From contig JAHQWK010000023.1 of the NCBI GenBank assembly GCA_029856145.1, positions 32,001 through 96,000 of the forward strand: 64,000 nucleotides of DNA, in the 5' to 3' direction. The notes under the pieces are model-generated. The model saw only the letters and a list, made by a program, of their open reading frames with translations, made no database searches and was not told the origin of the DNA. Source of the DNA: Promethearchaeia archaeon (lineage in GTDB: Archaea; Asgardarchaeota; Lokiarchaeia; Sigyniarchaeales; SOKP01). Shown one piece after another: positions 51,719-62,062 of this stretch (positions within the stretch are counted from its first letter, which is position 1; the number at the start of each line of letters is the position of its first letter). Made by a program: the position numbers and the translations under genes.

Positions 51719-52753
51719 TCAATTTACCATGCAATATGCACTCTTTAGACATTTCTCAGCACTACCCACAATTGAATTAATAATATCTGAGACACTCTCA
51801 ATTTCCTCAACCAGTCCACAACTCTGTCCTAAGAGAATAATACCATTCTCAACATCTCCCTTATATGCTTTCTCTAAATTTATTACGCCATCTCTTATTA
51901 CTGACATAGAAGTTTCTCCAGCTCTTTTTTCTGTTTTATTTAAAACAGTAGTGGCATTTCTTGCATAATTATTCTTCAACACACGGGCAGGCCCAAAAAC
52001 TCCTGTAACTAATTTTGTATCAGAAATTGATGAATTTTTAACTTCATTTTTGTAATTTTCATGAAAATCACATTCCATTGACGCAATGAGTCTTGTTCCC
52101 ATAGCAATTGCCCCTGCACCCATAGCTAAAGCGGAAGCTAATCCTTCTCCAGTACCATAGCCTCCACAAGCAATCATAGGAATTTCTGGGAATTTTTGTC
52201 TAATTTGTTGTAATAGAATTAATGTGCTTGTATTTTCATAAGATTGATGACCTCCACCTTCATGTCCGGTTGCGACTATCCCATCAACACCATTCTTTAT
52301 CACCTTTTTAGCTAACTCTAAAGAAGGTATTACATGAAAATGCTTAATATTTGATGTTTCTTTTAGAGCCTTAAAATACTTGTTATATAATATTTTTGGA
52401 GATCCTGCGCTTGTAATTAAATAGGTGCATTGGTCTTTGATTTTAGGATTGTCCATTATAAATCTTGGAATTTGCCTACATAATTTTATCGCATCAGGTT
52501 GCAGTGCTGCGGTTCTAATATTCAACCCAAAAGGCTTATCAGTATACTCAACTACTGTTTTCATGCTTTCTTTAATTTGATTTAAAGTAATTCCTTCACT
52601 TAATGTTACATGGCTTAAAACACCTAAGCCCCCTGCCTCTGAGACCGCAATTGTTAATTTTGTCGTGTAAAAGGGCCCCATGGGTGCTGCAACTATTGGA
52701 TGTTTAATACCTAACATTTCAGTTATGTTTGTTTTTATAACCATTTTTTCCAA
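51719..52753 (-). CDS. Nitronate monooxygenase / FabK-like FMN oxidoreductase
   Basis: HPIVAAPMG, VSEAGGLG, EGGGH, ACGG, MGTR. Confidence 0.88.
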   Translation of the reverse strand: MEKMVIKTNITEMLGIKHPIVAAPMGPFYTTKLTIAVSEAGGLGVLSHVTLSEGITLNQIKESMKTVVEYTDKPFGLNIRTAALQPDAIKLCRQIPRFIMDNPKIKDQCTYLITSAGSPKILYNKYFKALKETSNIKHFHVIPSLELAKKVIKNGVDGIVATGHEGGGHQSYENTSTLILLQQIRQKFPEIPMIACGGYGTGEGLASALAMGAGAIAMGTRLIASMECDFHENYKNEVKNSSISDTKLVTGVFGPARVLKNNYARNATTVLNKTEKRAGETSMSVIRDGVINLEKAYKGDVENGIILLGQSCGLVEEIESVSDIINSIVGSAEKCLKSAYCMVN

Positions 52754-52962
52754 CCTTTTTTTATTAAATTTTTCTTTATTTTTTATTAAATGAATATCTA
52801 TTCAGTGTAATATTTATTTGATTTAATAGATATTAAGTTGAATAATCAGCATCATATATAAGTTTAACCAATTCGCCAATATTAGTATAATGTGTATATT
52901 AAATATGATTTCTATGGGGGATCTTTAAGGAATAAAGGAATTTATCAAATAAATTAAAAATT

Positions 52963-52982
52963 TTGAATGAACAGTCATTCAA
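52963..52982. promoter_or_regulatory. TetR/FadR-box-like palindrome TTGAATGA-ACAG-TCATTCAA
   Basis: Perfect 8-bp arms with a 4-nt spacer, between divergent acyl-CoA genes. Confidence 0.65.
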
Positions 52983-53104
52983 TATCAAAGTAGGAGTAGT
53001 ATTTGATTTAATCCGTGTTATTAAAAAAAGTAATCCAAATTAATAAATCAATTATCATAAATAAATTCATTAAATTTTTTATTTCTAAAAATTTATGTTT
53101 TTCC

Positions 53105-53872
53105 ATGGTAGTTCTTATAGAAATAGATTATCCTGTTTATACAATTATTATAAATAACCCCGAAGTTAAAAATGCTGTTGATGGCCCTACTGCTAAAGAG
53201 CTTGCTGAGGCTTTTCGAAAATTTGAAAGTGATGACAAAGCTGAAGTTGCAGTGTTATGGGGTGCTAATGGAACATTTTGTTCTGGCGCTAACTTAAAAG
53301 CTATAGCTAAGGGTAATGGAAATCGAATTGAAAAAGATGGAAATGGTCCAATGGGACCTACAAGGATGAGAATATCTAAACCAGTAATTGCGGCAGTAGC
53401 AGGACATGCTGTTGCGGGAGGTCTTGAATTAGCATTATGGTGTGATTTACGAGTTGTAGAGAAAAGTGCGATATTTGGTGTGTTCTGTCGCAGGTTTGGT
53501 GTGCCCTTAATTGATGGCGGAACAGTTCGTTTACCTCGGCTTATTGGTTTAAGTAGAGCACTGGATATGATCCTTACGGGGCGTCCTGTAACTGCTGATG
53601 AAGCATATTCATGGGGCCTTGCTAATCGAATTGTTGAGGATGGTCAATCAAGACAAGAGGCAGAAAAGTTAGGGAGAGAAATAGCTAAATTTCCAAAAAT
53701 CTGCATGAGAAATGATCGGTTATCCACCTATGATCAATTTGGTTTAAATATAGGTGGTGCTATGGCAAAAGAATTTGAATATGGTTTGAAGACTTTAGAA
53801 AAAGGGGAGTATTTAAGGGGGAGTGAAGCTTTTAGTAAAGGGAAGGGTAAACACGGAACTTTTAATGATTAA
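53105..53872 (+). CDS. Enoyl-CoA hydratase/isomerase (crotonase)
   Basis: NAVDG, FCSGANL, AVAGGLELALWCD, GVPLIDGG; ATG 53105 preferred. Confidence 0.92.
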   Translation: MVVLIEIDYPVYTIIINNPEVKNAVDGPTAKELAEAFRKFESDDKAEVAVLWGANGTFCSGANLKAIAKGNGNRIEKDGNGPMGPTRMRISKPVIAAVAGHAVAGGLELALWCDLRVVEKSAIFGVFCRRFGVPLIDGGTVRLPRLIGLSRALDMILTGRPVTADEAYSWGLANRIVEDGQSRQEAEKLGREIAKFPKICMRNDRLSTYDQFGLNIGGAMAKEFEYGLKTLEKGEYLRGSEAFSKGKGKHGTFND

Positions 53873-53916
53873 GAAATAATTTTAAATATCTCAAAATTAT
53901 TTAATTTGGTGATATT

Positions 53917-54333
53917 ATGATTATTTTTGATGAATTTAGGGTAAAAACACCAGAAAGACAAGTATTAATTGATGTAACACATGAAATTGATCAAAGGGTT
54001 AGAGCATATAATGTGAAAGAAGGAGTGTGTCGAGTATACATACCACATACTACTGCGGGCATAACTATTAATGAAAATGCAGATCCTTCTGTTATTAAAG
54101 ATATCAGTAATTATTTGAGTAAATTAATCCCAAAAGGGGGTGGATTAGGTTATTCATTTAAACATGGTGAAGGAAATTCTGATGCTCATATTAAATGTTC
54201 ATTAACTGGGCATTCGATTGATGTTTTGATTCATGAAAATAGATTGATGCTAGGTACTTGGCAAGGAATATTGCTTACGGAGTATGATGGCCCTAGAAAC
54301 AGGAGAGTTTATATACAAATTCAAGGTGAATAA
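53917..54333 (+). CDS. yjbQ: YjbQ/UPF0047 protein
   Basis: PHTTAGITINE, HGEGNSDAH, LGTWQG..EYDGPR. Confidence 0.92.
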   Translation: MIIFDEFRVKTPERQVLIDVTHEIDQRVRAYNVKEGVCRVYIPHTTAGITINENADPSVIKDISNYLSKLIPKGGGLGYSFKHGEGNSDAHIKCSLTGHSIDVLIHENRLMLGTWQGILLTEYDGPRNRRVYIQIQGE

Positions 54334-54394
54334 TACTATTAAATAAACATCTACTTAAAGAGTTATATAAAGAAATAAAAAAACAGGTAAAATT

Positions 54395-55783
54395 TTAGAC
54401 TTTATGAAAATAGTAGCGATCAAATGTCAAATCTACTTTATTAGTTGCATCATCTATAAAGAATTGAACTTTTATTTCTTGGTTTGGATAAGCAACTGGA
54501 ACATAGAATTTCAATTCATCAAAGTTTTCAAGGGTTAGTGGTAAAGTTATTGGCTTAGGTTCAATTGGGTCTTCAAGTTTTAAAAATAAAATACCATTAG
54601 TAAGCGTGATTTCCATTGTTTGAATCTCTTTATATGTCTTATATTTCCCAGTCAGTAATTTCAATTTTTTATGAACATTCAAAAATGGAGCAGCTTCATT
54701 GATATCTTTATTTAAGAGAATTCCAAGGACCTTACGAGCAATAGCACCAATTACTCCCGATGCATCACAATTTGCCCCTACAATAACCCCCATTTTCTGT
54801 TCGGGAATAATTGCTAAAAAGGCTGTTGAAGTTGCTATATTTCCGCCATGTTGTACTAGTCTATGGCTAAGAAAGTCTTTTTCAGTTATCCAACCAAAAC
54901 AATACCAAGCATCTTTAGCACCATAAGGTGTCTTTATATAAGGCTTCCACATTTCTTCTATTGACGATTTTTGCAGAATCTCTGAATCATTAAATTTTCC
55001 ACCATTAATCAGCATAATAATGTAATTTTGCATTTCTTTAACTGAGCTTAATAAACCTCCAGGTGCATAGACAAACTTATCAAATGGATGATTTGAGGGT
55101 TTAAAAGGATTTTTTTCTTCAGAAGGAAGATACCCCGTTAAGACATCTTCATCTTTCTCAAATTCTTTCTTTAAATATATGGATCTATTCATCTTAAGAG
55201 GTTTTAAGATATTTTTCCCAATGTATTCATTAAATTCCATACCTGTTAGTTTTTCAATGATTAAACCTGCACATGTAAACATATCATTATTATAGAAAAA
55301 GTTTTTATCAGGTTTGTCAAATACTTCTGAAATTGCACTATTCATATGAAGTAGAAAGTCGTTCACACTACTCATAGGAATAATAGTATCAATTGAACCT
55401 AACTGTCTCGCTATTGCTATAACATTTCCATCTAATTCAGGAATGCCTGAGGAATGAGATAACATATGACAAATTTTTATTGGATTTGAGTCATCTCCTA
55501 ATTTTAAGTTTAAATATTTATTTACTGGGTCTTGAAGATTGATTTTTCCCTGCTCGACTAGCTGCATTATAGCAATTGTGGTAAATGATTTTGATATTGA
55601 CCCAACCCCAAATAATGTGTCCTCTGTGAATGGAAGATTTTTTTCTAGATTTCTTGCTCCAAATCCTTTAGCATAAAATGGTTTTTCATCTTTGACAATT
55701 CCAATCGCGAATCCCGGAATTTTAAATTCCCTCATTAATTCTATTATTTCTTTCTCAAGCATTTCAATTTGGGTTTCGTTCAT
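54395..55783 (-). CDS. Serine hydrolase, beta-lactamase/S12 family
   Basis: GSISKS (SxxK), YNN, HGG; start at MNETQ. Confidence 0.9.
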   Translation of the reverse strand: MNETQIEMLEKEIIELMREFKIPGFAIGIVKDEKPFYAKGFGARNLEKNLPFTEDTLFGVGSISKSFTTIAIMQLVEQGKINLQDPVNKYLNLKLGDDSNPIKICHMLSHSSGIPELDGNVIAIARQLGSIDTIIPMSSVNDFLLHMNSAISEVFDKPDKNFFYNNDMFTCAGLIIEKLTGMEFNEYIGKNILKPLKMNRSIYLKKEFEKDEDVLTGYLPSEEKNPFKPSNHPFDKFVYAPGGLLSSVKEMQNYIIMLINGGKFNDSEILQKSSIEEMWKPYIKTPYGAKDAWYCFGWITEKDFLSHRLVQHGGNIATSTAFLAIIPEQKMGVIVGANCDASGVIGAIARKVLGILLNKDINEAAPFLNVHKKLKLLTGKYKTYKEIQTMEITLTNGILFLKLEDPIEPKPITLPLTLENFDELKFYVPVAYPNQEIKVQFFIDDATNKVDLTFDRYYFHKV

Positions 55784-55909
55784 TATTCTCACTTTTAGAA
55801 AAAAAACACATGATATTAAGACTATAAAAACATATTTAACATTTTCCTTCAATAGGGAAAAAAAAATTTATTAAAACAAAAGCTTCAATTATTAATATCT
55901 TATTTAATA

Positions 55910-56608
55910 TTATTCCAAAGCTTTTTTAATTGCTGCTCTTGCTAGTATTCTAGTAGAATCTAAAGTAGGTAAAGGACAATCATTTGGGTCAACAAGTAGA
56001 GGTAGCTCTGTGCATCCAAGAACAACAGCGTCGCATTTATTCTTAGCTAGTTTTTGAATAATTTTATTAAATTCTTTTCTAGATTCTTCTGTAAAAACCC
56101 CATTCACTAATTCTTCAAAAATAACCTTATCAACTTTTTCTTGATCAGAAGCAATTGGAATCTCACACGTTATTCCAAATTTCTTAAGAGCATCAGGATA
56201 AACGGGAGAATTCATAAGATATTTTGTGCCCAATATTCCTAAATATTTATATTTTTTTTGTTTCGCCTCCCCGCCTACAACTTCAGCAATATGAAGCCAT
56301 GGAATAGGTGATTTAGATATCATCAAATTATAGGCTTGGTGTATTGTATTATCTGGACAAATTGCAAATTCTGCTCCTGCTTTTGCTACAATTTGTGCTG
56401 ATTTAAGCATTAATTCCGCTACTCCTTCCCAATTTCCATTCCATATATGCTGCATATAATCAGAAAGAGGTGGTGTGTGCATTGTTATTTCAGGATGCCT
56501 ATATTTAAATAGTTTTTCCTGGGCTTCTATACAAATTGTTTTATAACAAAGAGCAGCTCCTTCTGCACTGCAACCAACAATTCCAATATGTTTTACCAAA
56601 TTAAACAC
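55910..56608 (-). CDS. Aspartate/glutamate racemase family
   Basis: CPDNTIH, LGT, LGCTELP. Confidence 0.88.
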   Translation of the reverse strand: MFNLVKHIGIVGCSAEGAALCYKTICIEAQEKLFKYRHPEITMHTPPLSDYMQHIWNGNWEGVAELMLKSAQIVAKAGAEFAICPDNTIHQAYNLMISKSPIPWLHIAEVVGGEAKQKKYKYLGILGTKYLMNSPVYPDALKKFGITCEIPIASDQEKVDKVIFEELVNGVFTEESRKEFNKIIQKLAKNKCDAVVLGCTELPLLVDPNDCPLPTLDSTRILARAAIKKALE

Positions 56609-56765
56609 CTTTTTAATTTAACTATTAGATTTCTACTAAATTTAATTTTAATATATTTTAATGATATTTTGAAATATTTAAGTTTTTTATTTGAATTTAT
56701 AATTTAAATTAAAAAAAGAACTTAAAGACTTTTTGTAATTTTCACAGTATATAAGAATTCTAATT

Positions 56766-57953
56766 CTATACGTATTCTATTGTAGCGGGAGGTTTAGGTG
56801 TAACATCATAATAAATAAACCTAGTTCCAGGGATTTGAAGTAATTTTTTAGATAATTCATTTAGTAAATTTATCGGTAAGTTAGTAACAGTCGCGGTTCT
56901 TGCGTCCTTACTATTAACTGATCTAATTACAATATCATATTGACCTTCTTCTTTACCCTTCAATTCATATAATAATCTTGCGTATCCTTTTATTTGAGAA
57001 GCTTTTTTAGTAAGTATTTCATAATCCCATTCTCCTTTTTCACATAAAGGCATTTCATATATTCTCTTCCCTTCCACTAACCCAGTAACTTTTTTATCAA
57101 GGATATTTTCACTTATAGCAGCAAATATTTGAAATGGTTCTTGTTCTCCATCATTATTTATAATCATAGTTTTTCCATATTTTTCTTTATAATAATCTTC
57201 AACAGAAGATTCAATGAAGTCATGGACATTCTTTTCAAAAACAAGGTTTTCTTCAGTGACCGGTCCGATAATTCTAGCTGAAAGCGCAGGACCTGGAAAC
57301 GCTTTTCTATAAATAAGATCGTGTGGCATATTGAAATATTCAAGGATTTGACGTACTTCATGTTTTGTAAGGCTGGCAACTGGTTGAATTGTTGCCTCAA
57401 CATCGTATTCAATTTCAACATTATGTTGGCTTTTTACGAATCCTTCAATGTGGTTCTCCATTAGCACTTTTTCCTCCTCAAGGCTCATAGTTTCCTTCAA
57501 GTCAGTGATCTTAACTCCAAAGCTTTCCTCAATATCAGGAAGTATAGTTCCATCTGCGAGTAAATCGCAATTTTCTTCCCGAATTACTTTACTTATAATT
57601 TCTGAATAAGCTGCTTTAAAGAGTTTTCTTTTTTCTTCAGCGTTCCCTTCACCATAGATTTTTGGAAGAAACTCATTCCTAATATCTATTACTCTCAGAT
57701 CAGGAAAGAATTTTTTTATATAATCTCGTTCTTCCACTCCCTTGATAATCCTCATGAGGCCATGGTCAATAAACACAGGAATCGTATTGATTTTCGCTTC
57801 TTTTAGTAAAAGATATGTGGTAGAACTATCAATACCTCCAGATAGAGCACAAAAAACCTTCTTACCCCTTGCATGTTTTAGCAAGAATTGGATTGCTGCT
57901 TTAGCAAACTTTTTAGGTTCTTTAGGTGGGTTTATTAATCTATGATTTAACAT
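56766..57953 (-). CDS. Divergent GMP-synthase ATPPase subunit (no GATase domain)
   Basis: SGGIDS, DHGLMR, KSQHN, FPGPALSARI, YDVTPKPPATIEY. Confidence 0.85.
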   Translation of the reverse strand: MLNHRLINPPKEPKKFAKAAIQFLLKHARGKKVFCALSGGIDSSTTYLLLKEAKINTIPVFIDHGLMRIIKGVEERDYIKKFFPDLRVIDIRNEFLPKIYGEGNAEEKRKLFKAAYSEIISKVIREENCDLLADGTILPDIEESFGVKITDLKETMSLEEEKVLMENHIEGFVKSQHNVEIEYDVEATIQPVASLTKHEVRQILEYFNMPHDLIYRKAFPGPALSARIIGPVTEENLVFEKNVHDFIESSVEDYYKEKYGKTMIINNDGEQEPFQIFAAISENILDKKVTGLVEGKRIYEMPLCEKGEWDYEILTKKASQIKGYARLLYELKGKEEGQYDIVIRSVNSKDARTATVTNLPINLLNELSKKLLQIPGTRFIYYDVTPKPPATIEYV

Positions 57954-58088
57954 AGAATAGGTAAATTCAATTCCTAAATTAAGTGTAGTTATTAAGTGGT
58001 TATGATTTATGATTTATTCACATATTTCTAAATGAATTTACTTTTTATAAGGCAAAGAAATAATTGCATGATTTGAGTGTTAAATGGT

Positions 58089-58949
58089 ATGGACAAAATT
58101 AGAAAAATTAAAGTAACATTAAATAGTAGACCTACATTTGAAGGGGCTGGGGTACGATTAAAACGAGCCTTTGGATATTCCGATTCATCCTTAGATCCAT
58201 TTTTACTTCTTGATGATTTTCATTCAGGTGATCCTAGAGATTACATGGCAGGATTTCCCTGGCATCCTCACCGTGGTATAGAAACGATTACATATATGCT
58301 ACATGGTAAAGTTAAACACGGTGATAGTTTAGGTAATGGTGGAGTTATTGAAGCTGGTGATGTCCAGTGGATGACTGCTGGATCTGGTATTATTCATCAA
58401 GAAATGCCTAAAAGAGATAAAAATGATACATTACTCTGGGGATTCCAACTTTGGGCAAATCTTCCTGCTTCACATAAAATGATGGATCCGAGATATCGAG
58501 ATATAAAAAAGTCTCAAATTCCAGAAGTGTATTTGAACGATGATAAAGTTAGAATTAAGATAATTTCTGGTGAATTAAATGAGGTTAAAGGCCCTGTGCA
58601 AGACATTATCACTGACCCTGAATATTTAGATATCATAATAGGTCCACAATCGGAATTAGTTCATCCTATAAGAGAAGGGTATAATGTTATTGCGTACACA
58701 ATTGAAGGTGAGGGATATTTCGATGATGATAAAAGAGAACTAGTAAAAAAAGAAACATTAGTAATCTACCGAGAGGGAGATGAAATAAAAGTTACTACAG
58801 AAAAAGAAAAAGTTCGCTTCTTATTAGTATCTGGGAAACCATTAAAAGAATCTGTTGCTTGGCGTGGACCGATTGTAATGAACACAGATGAAGAATTGAG
58901 AATAGCTTTCGAAGAATTTCAAAACGGTACATTCATTAAGCATCAATAA
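58089..58949 (+). CDS. Pirin family protein
   Basis: DPFLLLD, HPHRGIETITY, WMTAGSGIIHQE, GPIVMN. Confidence 0.95.
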   Translation: MDKIRKIKVTLNSRPTFEGAGVRLKRAFGYSDSSLDPFLLLDDFHSGDPRDYMAGFPWHPHRGIETITYMLHGKVKHGDSLGNGGVIEAGDVQWMTAGSGIIHQEMPKRDKNDTLLWGFQLWANLPASHKMMDPRYRDIKKSQIPEVYLNDDKVRIKIISGELNEVKGPVQDIITDPEYLDIIIGPQSELVHPIREGYNVIAYTIEGEGYFDDDKRELVKKETLVIYREGDEIKVTTEKEKVRFLLVSGKPLKESVAWRGPIVMNTDEELRIAFEEFQNGTFIKHQ

Positions 58950-59048
58950 GAACCAAAAAATAGAATAAATTGACTACTTTTATTATTTGCATAATTTTAA
59001 ATGATTGGATTATTATCAATTATTTAAAATTACTTACGTGAAAAACTT

Positions 59049-59318
59049 TTGGAAGAAGAAATCTCTTCAGAACTTAGAGAAAAAATTCATAAGAATGTGG
59101 ATAAAATATTTGATAAATGGTTTGATAAAGCTTCGAAAGGTGAATCTATAGAAGGAATAGTTAAAAGTCTCATGGTTGAAAAGGTAATGAACGTTCTCGG
59201 AGCAATGATAAAGAGAACTGTTGTAAAAAAAGTAGCCAAAAAAGCGGTAAAGAAAGCAGTTGATAAATATTGGGAGAAAAATCGAGATAGTATTTTGGAA
59301 AAAATTAAAAATTTATAA
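59049..59318 (+). CDS. Hypothetical small basic helical protein
   Basis: 89-aa ORF. Confidence 0.7.
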   Translation: MEEEISSELREKIHKNVDKIFDKWFDKASKGESIEGIVKSLMVEKVMNVLGAMIKRTVVKKVAKKAVKKAVDKYWEKNRDSILEKIKNL

Positions 59319-59398
59319 GTTTTTTATTCTTTTTTTAAGAGAATCTCTCTATTATATTGATTTATAATTCAAAATTTAATTAATTTAATAGGTTTATT

Positions 59399-60259
59399 AT
59401 GATCTCTAGAAATAATTTTAAGATTTTTGATGCACATCTTCATACTTATGGAATCTTTCTTAGTCCTCATGAAGATATAATAAGTTATATGGATCATCAC
59501 AATGTAGAAAAAGCGATAATAACAACGATAAATAGAGCTAAATTTCACAATAAGCAAAAAGAATATGCTTCTAATATGGATGATCGAGATGATCTTAGCA
59601 AATATTTAGATGATTTTAAGAATATAATACCAAAAGGACAATTGTCTCATAAAGATGTAATAGATATCACAAATAAAGCACCAGACAGGTTTTATAAGTT
59701 TTTCTGGTTCAACCCAAAATTAAATCCTGAAGAAGAGGAAAATAATTATAAAATATTGGAAGATCACTTTAAAAAAAGCTTTATAGGAGTTAAAATACAT
59801 GGTAGTTTTAATTTTTTTAAATTTCCTAAAGACATTTTAAAGTTAGCTGCATTTATGCAAGATTTTGATAAGAAAATCATACTTTTCATCCATTCACATC
59901 CAAAAACTAAATTCTATGATGGTTCTGAGCCACAAGATATTGCAAAGTTAGCAAGAAAATTCCCAGATTTAAGAATTATTGTTGGACATGCAGCATATTG
60001 TATGGAATATGCTGTGGGTGTAGGATTATTATTGAAGAAGTTTGATAATATATACTTTGAAACAAGTTGTTCTGTTTCTTTAGGTATATATAATCTTATT
60101 AAAACATTAGGTCATAAAAGATTATTATTTGGCTCTGACTCACCAACAACTTCAACTTTACCAATTGAAATTGAAAAAATAATATCACTTCCAAGAACCT
60201 CAAATGAAGTAAAACAGGATATTTTTTATAATAATGTATCAAACCTACTGAAGTCATAA
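59399..60259 (+). CDS. Amidohydrolase_2 family metal-dependent hydrolase
   Basis: DAHLH, GVKIH, FIHS, IVGH, FGSD. Confidence 0.88.
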   Translation: MISRNNFKIFDAHLHTYGIFLSPHEDIISYMDHHNVEKAIITTINRAKFHNKQKEYASNMDDRDDLSKYLDDFKNIIPKGQLSHKDVIDITNKAPDRFYKFFWFNPKLNPEEEENNYKILEDHFKKSFIGVKIHGSFNFFKFPKDILKLAAFMQDFDKKIILFIHSHPKTKFYDGSEPQDIAKLARKFPDLRIIVGHAAYCMEYAVGVGLLLKKFDNIYFETSCSVSLGIYNLIKTLGHKRLLFGSDSPTTSTLPIEIEKIISLPRTSNEVKQDIFYNNVSNLLKS

Positions 60260-60535
60260 ACTCATTATTGATAAAGCACTAATTAAACATTAAGATTTAG
60301 TTTTACAAGAATTTTTAATTTCTTAAAAATTCCTTAAATTTTGACAGAGCTTATAAGTTTATCATTTTTGTAAATCTTGAATTTATTAATGTGATAATTT
60401 GTTATTTGCTTATTATTAAATTGTGAGATATTTAATCATATTTCCTTTTTTTATTTTCAATTTAATAATAAATCAATTAAAAGACAAATCCTATCTTTTT
60501 TTAATTATAAATTATAAAAATATAAAGATGATTAA

Positions 60536-61108
60536 GTGAGTTATTTAAGGGACAATAAAGTCTGGGAGGAAGAAGATAATATAAATTGGGATGTTGTAAA
60601 AATTTCGAAAGTTGACGACAAAATTATTCAAAGATTAATAATGAATCTAACTTTAGATACGTCTGATTTATCACAGAACTTTTTTATATCTTTTGAAAGC
60701 CTTTTGAAACTAGGAAAGAAGATAGAACCAGTTCTCGATTCTTTTATTCAAGAAACATCTGAAATTCATAATTTTAAAGTTGATATTTTCAACTTTATTT
60801 TCGATTTTATAAAAAATAACACTCTCAAGTATGTCTTGGTACCTCAATTATATCATCCTGATTTTATTACAAGAGCTAGAACGATATTAAGACTTGAATT
60901 AGCAGGTGATATGAATTATCTTAACTTTATACTACCCCTATTAAATGATCCTGACGATTCTGTTCGTTGGGCAGTAATCCGATTTTTAAACACACATTTA
61001 CATCTCATAAATAATCCTTTAGTTTATAAGGAATTAAAGAGTCATATTGAGAAAGAATTAAATCCTGTAATTAAAGAGAAAATGATAGAATTATTAAAAA
61101 AAAAGTGA
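60536..61108 (+). CDS. HEAT-repeat protein
   Basis: LLNDPDDSVRWAVI. Confidence 0.8.
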   Translation: MSYLRDNKVWEEEDNINWDVVKISKVDDKIIQRLIMNLTLDTSDLSQNFFISFESLLKLGKKIEPVLDSFIQETSEIHNFKVDIFNFIFDFIKNNTLKYVLVPQLYHPDFITRARTILRLELAGDMNYLNFILPLLNDPDDSVRWAVIRFLNTHLHLINNPLVYKELKSHIEKELNPVIKEKMIELLKKK

Positions 61109-61524
61109 AAAGGACTTTTCCTTTAATTCTATATTTTCAATCATGCAAGTTGTTTATAGATTTAATAATAAACCTCGTCAGCATAGAAAAGACTTAAAAT
61201 TATATCTTGGTCCTTCATTTAATTTTTTCATAGAGGTGATGCTTTATTCTAATCCCAATAAAAAAAATACTATAGAGTTTTAAGTTTTAGTTTTTCGAAA
61301 AAAAAGGTTTGACATATTTAAAAGTAAAAATCACTTCAGTTTTTGAGTTTCATATAATGTATGTGCTTAAAACTAAAACAAAAAAATTTCAAATTATATT
61401 TAAAAAGGTTGGAATTCATTAAAGTAATAATATAAGAGGTATAATAATATAAATACTAAAATTGATTTATTTACCTAATTACTCAAGGTTTAATTAATAA
61501 TTAAAGAAAAAGCGTGTTAAGACT

Positions 61525-62058
61525 ATGTGTGCGAATTATCATTATACATATAAGATTTTGCTTTTAGGTGATGCTAGTGTCGGAAAAACATCATTTACAA
61601 AAAGATATTGTTATAATATATTTAATCCAAGCGAGAGATTAACTATCGGTGTTGATTTTCACGTTAAAACAATCGAATTAAATGAAAAGCGAATTAAATT
61701 ACAATTATGGGATGTTGGAGGAGAAGAACGTTTTCGGTTTTTATTACCCACATACTGTTTAGGCGCAAATGCAGCATTTTTACTTTATGATATTACTAGA
61801 CCCTCTACTTTAGATAATATTTCAGAATGGATCACGATTGTTAGGCAAAAAGGTGGACAAATTCCAATTATGCTCGTTGGGTCAAAATTAGACCTTGAAA
61901 AATCTCAACGACAGGTTCAAAGAGAATATGGAATACAAATTGCTGAAAAAAATGATATGGCCAGTTTTGCCGAAATTTCAGCTAAAGAGAATGCCAACGT
62001 GGATGATGCTTTTAAAGTTCTTACTGAACTCACATTAGAAAAAACAGGTAATAGGTGA
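61525..62058 (+). CDS. Rab-like small GTPase
   Basis: GDASVGKT, TIGVDF, KLQLWDVGG, YDIT, GSKLD, SAK. Confidence 0.93.
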   Translation: MCANYHYTYKILLLGDASVGKTSFTKRYCYNIFNPSERLTIGVDFHVKTIELNEKRIKLQLWDVGGEERFRFLLPTYCLGANAAFLLYDITRPSTLDNISEWITIVRQKGGQIPIMLVGSKLDLEKSQRQVQREYGIQIAEKNDMASFAEISAKENANVDDAFKVLTELTLEKTGNR

Positions 62059-62062
62059 TGTA

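Noticed and set aside
61170-61285. Possible pseudoknot (ACCTC/GAGGT, AGCAT/ATGCT) and a 14-codon ORF upstream of the GTPase
   Set aside because: Only 5-bp stems; not distinguishable from chance.
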